In this document: positions 1 to 12,733 of the stretch, one piece after another
How positions within the stretch are numbered: the stretch's first letter is position 1
How the letters are laid out: every line of letters starts with the position of its first letter
From: Haliotis rubra
Lineage: Eukaryota
Assembly (NCBI RefSeq): GCF_003918875.1
Contig: NW_025766558.1
Span: 620,001 to 684,000, forward strand
Direction of reading: 5' to 3'
Length of the DNA stretch: 64,000 nt
The notes under the pieces: generated by a model
Databases searched by the model: none
What the model saw: only the letters and a program-made list of their open reading frames with translations
What the model was told of the DNA's origin: nothing
Program-made: the position numbers and the translations under genes

Positions 1-101
1 CGGAGGTTGTATTTCTCTCTCTTCTGCCTTTTGGCAAGTGGTTCTGATTCCTGGTCCTTGGTCTCTTGAGAGTCGGCGTTGCCATCCTCCACACTCGCCA
101 T
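1..101 (-). CDS. First coding exon (partial, runs off window) of an unknown gene: MASVEDGNADSQETKDQESEPLAKRQKREKYNL..., with an NLS-like PLAKRQKR
   Basis: Minus strand reads ttcacttacag acceptor (113-114), 11 nt UTR, ACCATGG Kozak start at 101, then an open frame to the window edge. Confidence 0.6.
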   Translation of the reverse strand, partial: MASVEDGNADSQETKDQESEPLAKRQKREKYNL

Positions 102-289
102 GGTGTACCGCGCTGTAAGTGAACGAAAATCAGTACAGGTCTGTGATAAATCAGATAATGTCATTTCTACAACTGTATTCATCCACTCATTTTGAATGTT
201 GCAATTTTGTTTTTCCCAGTTATGTTGCAGTTCATACCCCCCCCCCCCCCTTCTCTCTCTCTCTCCTCAGTCACACGGTGATGATTGAA

Positions 290-859
290 CACACACTGAC
301 ACACCAAACCCTGACTGAAGGAGATGGTTGCAGTCACTACACACACACATTGAACACGCACACATTGAACACACACACACACACATTGAACAAACACACA
401 CATTGAACACAGCAATGACAGGCGGAGATGTGGTAATTACAACTGTATACCTCCATCCACCCACACACATCACTGTTAACTCCCCTCCGATAGACTGAGA
501 CAGTTGCAGTCACACACACACACACATGGCTATACATGTATGTATATGTGTGTGTCTGCGTATACGTGCATGTATGTGTCTGTGTCTCTGTGTGTGTGTG
601 TGTGTCTCACACACACACATCACTGTTAACTCCTCTCCGACAGACTGAGACAGTTACAGTCTCACACACGCACACACACACACACGCACATCACTGTTAA
701 CTCCCCTCCGACAGACAGAGACAGTTGCAGTCACACACACACACACACACATTGAACACAGCAATGACACGCGGAGATGTGGTATTTACAACTGTATACT
801 TCCATCCACCCACATCACTGTTAACTCACTGTTAACTGCAGTCTCTCTCCTCTCTCTCA

Positions 860-941
<82 letters not shown>

Positions 942-982
942 TCACTGTTAACTCCCCTCTGACAGACGGAGACAGTTGCAGT

Positions 983-1024
<42 letters not shown>

Positions 1025-1140
1025 GCTATTCATGTATGTATATGTGTGTGTCTGCATATACATGCATGTATGTGTCTGTGTCTCTGTGTGCGTCTGTGTC
1101 TGTGTGTCTCAGTGTGTGTGTGTGTGTGTGTGTGTGTGAC
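290..1140. repeat. Compound (CA)n/(TC)n microsatellite region with a repeated catcactgttaactcccctccgacagactgagacagttgcagtc module
   Basis: Direct inspection; (TC)n at about 863-923. Confidence 0.85.
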
Positions 1141-1400
1141 ATAGACAGTAAACTCTCCTCTACTCGGACATAGAAACGTTTGTTGCAGTTGTTACAAGTA
1201 GAACACATTCATACATAATACGCACACGCACACACAAAAAGACGCACGCACGCAATGCAATCAGAAACAAAAAACGGTCTGCTTTTCAAAAACTTACGTC
1301 TTGTCGACTGTCTATAAATTAGAACGGTAGCTTCTTGATTTATATGAATGGATTTCTTCAAATGGATGATTTCAATCTTTCATCAGAAACACTAAATCAA

Positions 1401-2005
1401 GGTGAAGTTGATCCTTTAGACGACACACACATCCAGGTGAGGTTGATCCTTTAGACGACACACACATCCAGGTGAGGTTGATCCTTTAGACGACACACAT
1501 CCAGGTGAGGTTGATCCTTTAGAAGACACACATCAGGTGAGGTTGATCCTTTAGACGACACACACATCCAGGTGAGGTTGATCCTTTAGAAGACACACAC
1601 ATCCAGGTGAGGTTGATCCTTTAGAAGACACACACATCCAGGTGAGGTTGATCCTTTAGAAGACACACACATCCAGGTGAGGTTGATCCTTTAGAAGACA
1701 CACATCCAGGTGAGGTTGATCCTTTAGAAGACACACACATCCAGGTGAGGTTGATCCTTTAGAAGACACACACATCCAGGTGAGGTTGATCCTTTAGAAG
1801 ACACACACATCCAGGTGAGGTTGATCCTTTAGAAGACACACATCCAGGTGAGGTTGATCCTTTAGACACACATCCAAGACACACACATCCAGGTGAGGTT
1901 GATCCTTTAGAAGACACACACATCCAGGTGAGGTTGATCCTTTAGAAGACACACACATCCAGGTGAGGTTGATCCTTTAGAAGACACACACATCCAGGTG
2001 AGGTT
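1401..2005 (+). repeat. 33-35 bp minisatellite (ggtgaggttgatcctttagaagacacacacatcca), about 17 copies
   Basis: Tandem units visible; each contains CAG|GTGAGG. Confidence 0.95.
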
Positions 2006-3769
2006 GGTTATTTAAAAGACACCTACAACTATTTGAGATTGTCATTCGATCATATACACATAAATTTAGGTTGGAATGGTCATTTGGAAGATGTACACAC
2101 ACATATCCAGGAGAATGAATGTCGATGTTGTGGATACAGCGAGAGAGATGCAGCGTGTTAATGATGCAGCTTCAGGTAGTGAATGCATCCCCACAACTGC
2201 TGCATGAGTTCGCCATCGTCAACACTACCCGGGCCCTCTCATCTTCCAGATAGCTTGTATTCAGCACAGCAGTATTAGACGAGGAGGTTATAAATTGTGT
2301 TCAGATGATTGTATTTTTTCGCAATAAACTACCCCTCCTTCAGGTCACAGGTCAGGCCTTGTTAACACTGTCACGTGCCTCCAGGTCACTGCACATCTTT
2401 AAAGGTATGACGCTTCCCCAGACGGGTAATACACGTGTATATTGTGTGATGGTATGACACAGGTACTGAAGGTAACTGGTGGCTGCCACGCCCCATGTCC
2501 TCGCTCCTGTGTGTGTCAAGCTTGGACAGAAGCCAGGCTCGGCTGGAATGCGAGCGTCCTGACCGGGCAGTCAGACAGACAAGTAGATCGGGCCCATCCC
2601 ACTCAGCCCAGCCAGTGGAGCGTGCATACCTACATATGTCTTGCCGCGTACATTGTCACGCTCTCCCCTCTCTCATACATAACCAAACAGGCCGGCATTG
2701 TTCTCCCGCCTTCGCCGCATCTACCCGAACAATACACGTCTATTTAGCGGACGCCGAGCGAGAAGCAACTGAAAGATGATACGTCAGGCAGCTACCCCGC
2801 TACCACCCGACGACGTCAACAGACATACCCAGTCAGTCAACCACGCACGAGCGAGCCCTCCACACAGGTGTAGCTGATGAATATAATCCCTGCCTTCCTA
2901 ACATTCATCGGCCGTGCCGGGACACCCTCTCATTATAAACCATAGGGCCTTTCTTTAAAGTATTTGCTTCAAGTTCCTCAGGGAGCAGAACCACAAAAAG
3001 TTAAACCCATTAAATGCTCGAGGCATACAGGTTTGAAAGCATAAAAGCGTTGGAAACCTGATACGTATTTCATAAGCAAACTTTCCGTGGTACGAAAACG
3101 GCGTTCCGTTGACTTCACGATATGGAACACTCGCCGATTCAAGGGGTTATCACTACAATACGTACAATACGGCAGGTGAACATATTGCATCTTCATTACT
3201 TTGAAGAGGTAGCGGTTTATGAGGAAAAGAAAACTTCAGAAGGTGTTTGGTCTTGAACAGATATCAGTGATAGGGCTTCATCAGTATACGAAGAGTCCCT
3301 AAGATGCTAGGTAATAGGATTTAAAGGCTTAGTACGTCACTGGCATCAATGAGCATTTGTACACTTCATAAGTACCATCAATCGTATGGTATGTACTATG
3401 GTATAAGTAAGCGGCGACAGACATCAGAGGAAAGCTACACATTAGAGGAAAGTTACTGTCAATTATGTATAATAATCTAAGAATTCGTTCATGTGTGAAT
3501 ATTAATGGCTACTACAAGCAGTATTTCATAAACATAACAATTGCGTAAAGCAAGGGGAAGTATTTCCCCAAAACTGTTTTCTCTACATGTGATAATTGGA
3601 AGAAGGCATTCCTAGAAGTGTTTGTTGTGACGAAACATCTAGACTCATTACTACATCTAAGGAAAATATGTTTTAATGTTTTCTTCTTTGCCTATAAGCA
3701 GCATAATGCCCTGATTGCTTTGATTACCTACTGCCGTCTGACGCAAGGGGTACTGTGTCTCATGCCGGG

Positions 3770-4810
3770 GGTACCATGGTGTACCAGCGTTACAGTGTCT
3801 CACGCCAGGGGTACCAGGGTTACAGTGTCTCACGGCAGGGGTAACAAGGGCACCGGGGTTACAGTGTCTCACGCCAGGGGTAACAAGGGCACCAGGGTTA
3901 GTGTCTCACGCCAGGGGTACCAGGGTTACAGTGTCTCACGCCAGGGGTACCAAGGGTTACAGTGTCTCACGCCAGGGGTACCAGGGTTACAGTGTCTCAC
4001 GCCAGGGGTACCAGGGTTACAGTGTCTCACGCCAGGGGTACCAGGGTTACAGTGTCTCACGCCAGGGGTACCAAGGGTTACAGTGTCTCACGCCTAAGGG
4101 TACCCAGGGTTACAGTGTCTCACGCCAAGGGTACCATGGGTTACAGTGTCTCACGCCAGGGGTACCAAGGGTTACAGTGTCTCACGCCAGGGGTACCAAG
4201 GATTACAGTGTCTCACGCCAGGGATACCAAGGGTACCAGGGTTAGTGTCTCACGCCAGGGGTACCAGGGTTACAGTGTCTCACGGCAGGGGTACTAGGGT
4301 TACAGTGTCTCACGCCAGGGGTACCAAGGGTACCAGGGTTACAGTGTCTCACGCCAGGGTACCAGGGTTACCAGGGTTACAGTTCTCACGCCAGGGAGTA
4401 CCAAGGGTTACAGTGTCTCACGCCAGGGTACCAGGGTTACAGTGTCTCACGCCAGGGGTACCAAGGGTACCAGGGTTAGTGTCTCACGCCAGGGGTACCA
4501 GGGTTACAGTGTCTCACGCCAGGGGTACCAAGGGTACCAGGGTTAGTGTCTCACGCCAGGGGTACCAGGGTTACAGTGTCTCACGCCAGGGGTACCAAGG
4601 GTACCAGGGTTAGTGTCTCACGCCAGGGGTACCAGGGTTACAGTGTCTCACGCCAGGATACCAAGGGTACCAGGGTTAGTGTCTCACGCCAGGGGTACCA
4701 GGGTTACAGTGTCTCACGCCAGGGGTACCAAGGGTACCAGGGTTAGTGTCTCACACCAGGGGTACCAGGGTTACAGTGTCTCACGCCAGGATACCAAGGG
4801 TACTGTGTCT
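3770..4810. repeat. About 30 bp minisatellite (ccagggttacagtgtctcacgccaggggta)
   Basis: Tandem units with internal ggtacc sub-repeats. Confidence 0.95.
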
Positions 4811-5223
4811 CATGTACTTTTTATAGGCACGATTTCTGAAACAGTTAACAAGACCCCAGGAACAACTGATTCGAATACGTTGAATTACTAGTGAACATTT
4901 CTGAAACTAAAATATTTTTTGCTTTTTCTTTCGAGAAAGGGTTTAACGTGATAGTTAAAGTTGTCGATAGGTTTACATAGGTGGAACAATCCCTGTATTA
5001 TTATGATATGTTGAATTACAAGTGTGGGATCAGGGTAGGGAAGTTGTCTTCTATCTATACAACAATGTCAGGTTTCTCAGTCCAGAGCTTGTCCCTATAA
5101 GACGTCGCCTGTTAAAGTCTTACTTGTTCCGCGAGACCAGCCCCGTAGAGTCCGTCCGTAGCTGGGACGAAGCTGCAGACAAATTGCGAAACGGAGACCA
5201 ACTAAACAATTAACAAGTTATTT

Positions 5224-5581
5224 GACCGCCTCCGTGGTGTAGTGGTTAGAGCGTCCGCCCGGAGAGCGGAAGGTCGCGGGTTCGATCCCCGACCGCGTCA
5301 TACCAAAAGATGTAAAATATGGTACTTGTTGGTCCCTGCCTGGCGCTCGGCATTACTGGGTACAACAAGGACTGGTCGGCTCGGAGTCAGTATAATGTGT
5401 CTGAGTGGGGTATTCATGTTTCACTGCGACATGGTATATCATTGGGCTAGCACTATAAAACCAGCTTAAGTCTGGGCTAGTACAAGCAGCCGCACATACA
5501 CATACATACGCATGCACGTCGTCATATGAGCGAAATATTCTCAAGCACGACGTTAAACCCAATTTCACTTCACCTCACCTC
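5224..5581 (+). mobile_element. Full-length tRNA-derived SINE with 12-bp TSD
   Basis: A box (tggtgtagtggtt), B box (ggttcgatcc), simple-repeat tail, TSD aacaagttattt at 5212-5223 and 5582-5593. Confidence 0.85.
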
Positions 5582-5699
5582 AACAAGTTATTTTCACAGA
5601 ATCAAATTGATAAATTAAGTCAACCCTGACACGTTTTCGGGTAGTTAAATGCAATCAATGTCATAGATGAGAAAATACCTGCCATGGATTCCAGTGAAA

Positions 5700-5970
5700 G
5701 GTTTGTGGTTGTTGTGGTCTATACCCAGGACGTACAATCTCCAGGAACCTTGGGTAGATTGCATCGATAATGTACAAAACAACATACGTTCGCCATTTGT
5801 GTGTTTCATTACACTTGATTGTCTTAAAACAGTAATTAAAACGTTCAAATCTAATACGGCAGCGGTACCTGATGCTTTTCGAAACCATTCCTATTAGCGA
5901 GGAATGTCTCAGGGCAATTCTCTTTGTCCTTTACTTTTCTGTTTGTCACTCAATCTGTTTAGCATTTTCA
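5700..5970 (+). mobile_element. Degenerate non-LTR retrotransposon RT fragment
   Basis: Translations KTVIKTFKSNTAAVPDA (like K-A-x-G-P-D-G) and RGMSQGNSLCPLLFCLSLNLFS (like the RT motif RGIxQGDxLSPLLF). Confidence 0.6.
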
Positions 5971-6871
5971 TAAGAAATAGGAATGTAATTATTCGTGACC
6001 TCCTGAGCACAGATCCCCACATCTCTTACTAAGGCTGAAAAAAGACCAAATTCACCTTGTTGAGACCTTTCCTAGGCATGTCTTTCTGGCTCGACAAATG
6101 CAACTTCCTTCATTTGAAACGTGGCCAGTTGAGGGATGCAGGTTAAAGACAAACTCCAGATTGTCACTTATATTTACTATAGGACAACTTAGGACAGAAT
6201 AGAAATGTAGACCTTTCCGTCCTTTCTTATTCTTTTGGTGTTGTTGATTCCACGACACAAGAGATTCGGAGTATTAACGCCTTCTCGCCAAGAATCATGC
6301 CAGACAATAGATCCCACCACTCTTGCTCTTCATTCAGTCGTTTATGAGTTATATGTATCAGTTATATGTATCAGTTATAATCGGAGGACGTGTTTATGTT
6401 GGCTCTTCATGGCATGATGTCTATCTTTATTTTTGCTGCGTTTATATATTAACGCGTGGATATGATGGCTATTTTGCGATACGATATAACTCATACTTTG
6501 AAGTATACTCAAAGTTCCAATATTACATACTAGTGAAAACTGGATGGATGATTGTTGTTCAGAGATATACACTGTTCTAGGATGTATAAGAAACCTAGAT
6601 ATGTTTTGAACATGAATCTAAAGGAGTCCAGGGATGGAAATTTCCTGAATAGAGTTAAAACTTCTTAAAAACAAACGTGACAACACGGTGTGTAACATAT
6701 TCGTAGTGTTGAATACTGGTGTAAAATATTATCGTGACACGAGAGACGGACAAAATGTTTGTATTTTCAGATCAGATGTTTCGGACAGATTTGTGAGTAG
6801 TGTGAAGTCCATTATAGTAAGGCGCTGCAAGACTGCTGTCATCGGTGTGTTTACCACCAGGTCTCCATCTG

Positions 6872-9800
6872 GATCCCGACATCTATAGGCAGCTGAAGCA
6901 GCTTCTTGGGGTGCATCCCGACATCTATAGGCAGCCGAAGCAGCTTCTTGGGGTGCATCCCGACATCTATAGGCAGCTGAAGCAGCTTCTTGGGGTGCAT
7001 CCCGACATCTATAGGCAGCTCGAAGCAGCTTCTTGGGGTGCATCCCGACATCTATAGGCAGCTGAAGCAGCTTCTTGGGGTGCATGCCGACATCTATAGG
7101 CAGCCGAAGCAGCTTCTTGGGGTGCATCCTGACATCTATAGGCAGCTGAAGCAGCTTCTTGGGGTGCATCCCGACATCTATAGGCAGCTGAAGGAGCTTC
7201 TTGGGGTGCATCCCGACATCTATAGGCAGCTGAAGCAGCTTCTTGGGGTGCATCCCGACATCTATAGGCAGGCAGCCGAAGCAGCTATAGGCAGCTGAAG
7301 CAGCCGAAGCTTGGGGTGCATCCCGACATCTATAGGCAGCTGAAGGAGCTTCTTGGGGTGCATGCCGACATCTATAGGCAGCTGAAGGAGCTTCTTGGGG
7401 TGCATCCCGACATCTATAGGCAGCTGAAGCAGCTTCTTGGGGTGCATCCCGACATCTATAGGCAACTGAAGCAGCTTCTTGAGGTGCATCCCGACATCTA
7501 TAGGCAGCTGAAGGAGCTTCTTGGGGTGCATCCCGACATCTATAGGCAGCTGAAGCAGCTTCTTGGGGTGCATCCCGACATCTATAGGCAATAGGCAGCT
7601 GAAGCAGCTTCATGGGGTGCATCCCGACATCTATAGGCAGCTGAAGCAGCTTCTTGGGGTGCATCCCGACATCTATAGGCAGCTGAAGGAGCTTCTTGGG
7701 GTGCATCCCGACATCTATAGGCAGCTGAAGCAGCTTCTTGGGGTGCATCCCGACATCTATAGGCAGCTGAAGCAGCTTCTTGGGGTGCATCCCGACATCT
7801 ATAGGCAGCTGAAGGAGCTTCTTGGGGTGCATCCCGACATCTATAGGCAACTGAAGCAGCTTCTTGAGGTGCATCCCGACATCTATAGGCAGCTGAAGCA
7901 GCTTCTTGGGGTGCATCCCGACATCTATAGGCAACTGAAGCAGCTTCTTGGGGTGCATCCCGACATCTATAGGCAGCTGAAGCAGCTTCTTGGGGTGCAT
8001 CCCGACATCTATAGGCAACTGAAGCAGCTTCTTGGGGTGCATCCCGACATCTATAGGCAGCTGAAGGAGCTTCTTGGGGTGCATCCCGACATCTATAGGC
8101 AGCCGAAGCAGCTTCTTGGGGTGCATCCCGACATCTATAGGCAGCTGAAGGAGCTTCTTGGGGTGCATCCCGACATCTATAGGCAACTGAAGCAGCTTCT
8201 TGGGGTGCATCCCGACATCTATAGGCAGCCGAAGCAGCTTCTTGGGGTGCATCCCGACATCTATAGGCAGCTGAAGCAGCTTCTTGGGGTGCATGCCGAC
8301 ATCTATAGGCAGCCGAAGCAGCTTCTTGGGGTGCATCCTGACATCTATAGGCAGCCGAAGCAGCTTCTTGGGGTGCATCCCGACATCTATAGGCAGCCGA
8401 AGCAGCTTCTTGGGGTGCATCCCGACATCTATAGGCAGCCGAAGCAGCTTCTTGGGGTGCATCCCGACATCTATAGGCAGCCGAAGCAGCTTCTTGAGGT
8501 GCATCCCGACATCTATAGGCAGCTGAAGCAGCTTCTTGGGGTGCATCCCGACATCTATAGGCAGCTGAAGGAGCTTCTTGGGGTGCATCCCGACATCTAT
8601 AGGCAGCTGAAGCAGCTTCTTGGGGTGCATCCCAACATCTATAGGCAGCTGAAGGAGCTTCTTGGGGTGCATCCCGACATCTATAGGCAGCTGAAGCAGC
8701 TTCTTGGGGTGCATCCCGACATCTATAGGCAGCTGAAGCAGCTTCTTGGGGTGCATCCCGACATCTATAGGCAGCTGAAGCAGCTTCTTGGGGTGCATCC
8801 CGACATCTATAGGCAGCTGAAGCAGCTTCTTTGGGTGCATCCCGACATCTATAGGCAGCTGAAGCAGCTTCTTGGGGTGCATCCCGACATCTATAGGCAG
8901 CTGAAGCAGCTTCTTGGGGTGCATCCCGACATCTATAGGCAGCTGAAGCAGCTTCTTGGGGTGCATCCCGACATCTATAGGCAGCTGAAGCAGCTTCTTG
9001 GGGTGCATCCCGACATCTATAGGCAGCAAAGCAGCTTCTTGGGGTGCATCCCGACATCTATAGGCAGCTGAAGGAGCTTCTTGGGGTGCATCCCGACATC
9101 TATAGGCAGCTGAAGGAGCTTCTTGGGGTTGCATCCCGACATCTATAGGCAGCTGAGGCAGCTTCTTGGGGTGCATCCCGACATCTATAGGCAGCTGAAG
9201 GAGCTTCTTGGGGTGCATCCCGACATCTATAGGCAGCCGAAGCAGCTTCTTGGGGTGCATCCCGACATCTATAGGCAGCTGAAGGAAGCCTGACATGCCG
9301 AAGCAGCTTCTTGGGGTGCATCCCGACATCTATAGGCAGCGAAGCAGCTTCTTAGGCAGGGGTGCATCCCGACATCTATAGGCAGCTGAAGGAGCTTCTT
9401 GGGGTGCATCCCGACATCTATAGGCAACTGAAGCAGCTTCTTGGGGTGCATCCCGACATCTATAGGCAGCTGAAGGAGCTTCTTGGGGTGCATCCCGACA
9501 TCTATAGGCAGCCGAAGCAGCTTCTTGGGGTGCATCCCGACATCTATAGGCAGCTGAAGGAGCTTCTTGGGGTGCATCCCGACATCTATAGGCAGCCGAA
9601 GCAGCTTCTTGGGGTGCATCCCGACATCTATAGGCAGCTGAAGGAGCTTCTTGGGGTGCATCCCGACATCTATAGGCAGCTGAAGCAGCTTCTTGGGGTG
9701 CATCCCGACATCTATAGGCAGCCGAAGCAGCTTCTTGGGGTGCATCCCGACATCTATAGGCAGCTGAAGGAGCTTCTTGGGGTGCATCCCGACATCTATA

Positions 9801-10481
9801 GGCAGCTGAAGCAGCTTCTTGGGGTGCATCCCGACATCTATAGGCAGCTGAAGCAGCTTCTTGGGGTGCATCCCGACATCTATAGGCAGCTGAAGGAGCT
9901 TCTTGGGGTGCATCCCGACATCTATAGGCAGCTGAAGCAGCTTCTTGGGGTGCATCCCGACATCTATAGGCAGCTGGAAGGAGCTTCTTGGGGTGCATCC
10001 CGACATCTATAGGCAGCTGAAGGCAGCTTCTTGGGGTGCATCCCGACATCTATAGGCAGCTGAAGCAGCTTCTTGGGGTGCATCCCGACATCTATAGGCA
10101 GCTGAAGCAGCTTCTATTGGGGTGCATCCCGACATCTATAGGCAGCTGAAGGAGCTTCTTGGGGTGCATCCCGACATCTATAGGCAGCTGAAGCAGCTTT
10201 GGGGTGCATCCTGACATCTATAGGCAGCTGAAGCAGCTTCTTGGGGTGCATCCCGACATCTATAGGCAGCTGAAGCAGCTTCTTGGGGTGCATCCCGACA
10301 TCTATAGGCAGCTGAAGCAGCTTCTTGGGGTGCATCCCGACATCTATAGGCAGCTGAAGCAGCTTCTTGGGGTGCATCCCGACATCTATAGGCAGCTGAA
10401 GCAGCTTCTTGGGGTGCATCCCGACATCTATAGGCAGCCGAAGCAGCTTCTTGGGGTGCATCCCGACATCTATAGGCAGCT
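6872..10481. repeat. 42 bp minisatellite, about 86 copies (catcccgacatctataggcagctgaagcagcttcttggggtg)
   Basis: Highly homogeneous units; unit length divisible by 3 explains the long repetitive ORFs on both strands. Confidence 0.97.
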
Positions 10482-11986
10482 AAGCAGTGGTATGCATGTG
10501 TAGCCATGTTGTAAGCTATGATCAGAAGGCCGCCCTGTATAATCCACTAGCCAACCGTGTGTGGCATCCTCGTTCACACAGAAGTGACACACGACAGTAT
10601 ACAAGTTGGTAACATGACGCTTCACTGACGCCCTCAGTCAGTGATACTGTTCCCAGTCTGGGTAGTAATGCTCTGGTTTTGTTTATCATTTGTATCATTG
10701 TTTATCTGTAAGACTTTTACGACTACTTCACTCAATTGTCCCCCTACGATCGCTTTTCCTTAGTGCAAATCACTGCCGGTGCCGAGTCTGACATAACTAA
10801 CTGATTCTTAGAGAAGGACTGTAGCTTAAACATTTACTGTTAGGGACTTTGTCTGTAGACATCAACCATTTTCAGTTTCAGTTGCTGAAGGATTGATGAC
10901 ATGATTGGCGGAAAAGTCTACTCGGGAATAGCCTTGACGTGATAACAATATGTGTTGTTTATCAGAATAAACAGAACTTATATGTGGTGTTCAGTAATAT
11001 ACTGGTTGGAACACAGAAGAATTCTTTGAAAGAAACAAATGGAAGAACTTCTAACGTTTAGTTATTCCTGGAGTTCCTGTCGTGTACACGTGGCATCCGA
11101 CTTCGGATTAGAAGGACCGTGGTTCGAATCCTAGCACGGGACTCGGAAATTTTATGGCCGCTATACTTACATAAGCTTATATCTTTCATAAACACTGTAT
11201 ATAGTCAATTGTATTTGTGATCAATACCCTCATCCCATCTTCAACAGTCATTAAACATGCAGAAACACATATATCACACAACAGAGACCCCCAAACACAG
11301 TGCAGGCCAGATCCATGTCCAGGAGGAAATCTTCACGGCTGTACCAGTTCCGTGTTGCCCTATAAAGTAACCCTGCCTAACAACGGTGGCAGCTTGTGTT
11401 ACAACACTATTCAATCTACACTATGCAGTCTTTATCACTTTAATCCCGGTACACAATGAAGTTACACCACCCTTCACAGGGGTCTGACTGGACCTGGTGT
11501 GGGGCGACGATTGCTCCATGTCAAGTTGAAGATTATACCAGTGGAAGACACACATGGTTTATGTATGGGTTCTTACTGAGATTGGAGGCAAACATTCACA
11601 GCTATAAACATGTATAATGTATATGTAAGTATATGGAAATGTGGATCATATATCAATCATGTATGGGGCCTACTTCAATGAACATGGTATTACCTCTGTA
11701 GAGGACATATGTAACTGTTATCTGTACGTGAGACAGAAACAAAGGAAGACCCAAAGGGTTGCTCCCGTGGAGGAGTTCCAGTGTTTCACCTCCTGGCGAG
11801 ATACTATAGACTTAATCAACTCTTTCGGTACATAAGTAATGCATTTACTTCGGGACCTGGTCGTGGTCAAGATATCTCTTCGACAATAATTTGTCGAGTT
11901 TTTCAAACTCTTCTTTTTATTTCATTTCAATGTTTACAATTCGTCATTTGAACCCTCCATGGTATATGTTTGTTTCACAACGTGGT

Positions 11987-12733
11987 TCATTCACGATTAA
12001 CGATGTTGTAGCGGCTGATGATCTTCTGCAGGTTTCTACTTGCCTCCACCAAACAGGAAACTTGTTCCTTCAACTCATCAATGAGTATCTGAGCATTGCC
12101 CTGGGGGTCATCCCGTCCTGCAGTCTGACCCTTCAAGATGACCGGTTGATCTACATTTTCGTCAAACGTTTTATACATGTTGTTAAAATTGTCTGTTACA
12201 TTGGCAGCTGACGCGGCTACTTCATCCCGAAATACTATCAGTTCCTCCTTGGTCGCTAAATCCTTTCTCAAAACTTTCAGTTCTTCTTTCGAAGCAGATT
12301 TTCCTTTTGATTCAAATATCAGATCCATCTTGGCAGCCTGTGTGTCCACTTCTGCCAAAACCCGGTCAATCTGCTGACGCAGGGCCTTGAACTGGCTTCT
12401 AAACTGTGCTTCTGTAGGTGGGGACAGAGTCATGGAATCCTTCGTAGAGGTGAGTTTCTTGTGAAGGGCCTTGTAGCCCATCACTTCAAGGCCATGCAAG
12501 AAGGCAGGGAATGCCTCTGTACCTCTCGCCATAAGGATATCCAGAAACCGGTTAGTTCTCTCAACTCTGGTCGTGCCAGCGTCAATATGTTTCATGTCGT
12601 CCAGGTCTATGACATTCTTGGAGTAGAGAGTCCCAGTGATGTCCTTGGCGTCCAGCTCCACCTCTATGTCCATTATGTGTGTCTGGATGCACTTCTCATC
12701 TTCAGCAAGCATCTTCCCCCGCTCTGCAGCCAT
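11987..12733 (-). CDS. CARD domain + coiled-coil protein, 248 aa (paralog 1)
   Basis: N-terminal ~95 aa match the CARD pattern (L..KNVI...D...I....TR.ER...FLDIL..RG..AF..FL..L...GY..L...L); heptad-rich C-terminus; cattccag acceptor 15 nt before a GCCATGG start; AATAAA downstream. Confidence 0.85.
   Translation of the reverse strand: MAAERGKMLAEDEKCIQTHIMDIEVELDAKDITGTLYSKNVIDLDDMKHIDAGTTRVERTNRFLDILMARGTEAFPAFLHGLEVMGYKALHKKLTSTKDSMTLSPPTEAQFRSQFKALRQQIDRVLAEVDTQAAKMDLIFESKGKSASKEELKVLRKDLATKEELIVFRDEVAASAANVTDNFNNMYKTFDENVDQPVILKGQTAGRDDPQGNAQILIDELKEQVSCLVEASRNLQKIISRYNIVNRE

Noticed and set aside
5228-5300. tRNA gene
   Set aside because: The tRNA-like head continues into a SINE body with tail and TSD; no proper acceptor stem or terminator
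6729-10507. 866, 491, 245 and 239 aa minus-strand ORFs
   Set aside because: By-products of a stop-free 42-bp unit; frames switch at indels; no domain content
11090-11153. tRNA-like fragment with B box (ggttcgaatcc)
   Set aside because: 5' half missing; probably a SINE relic
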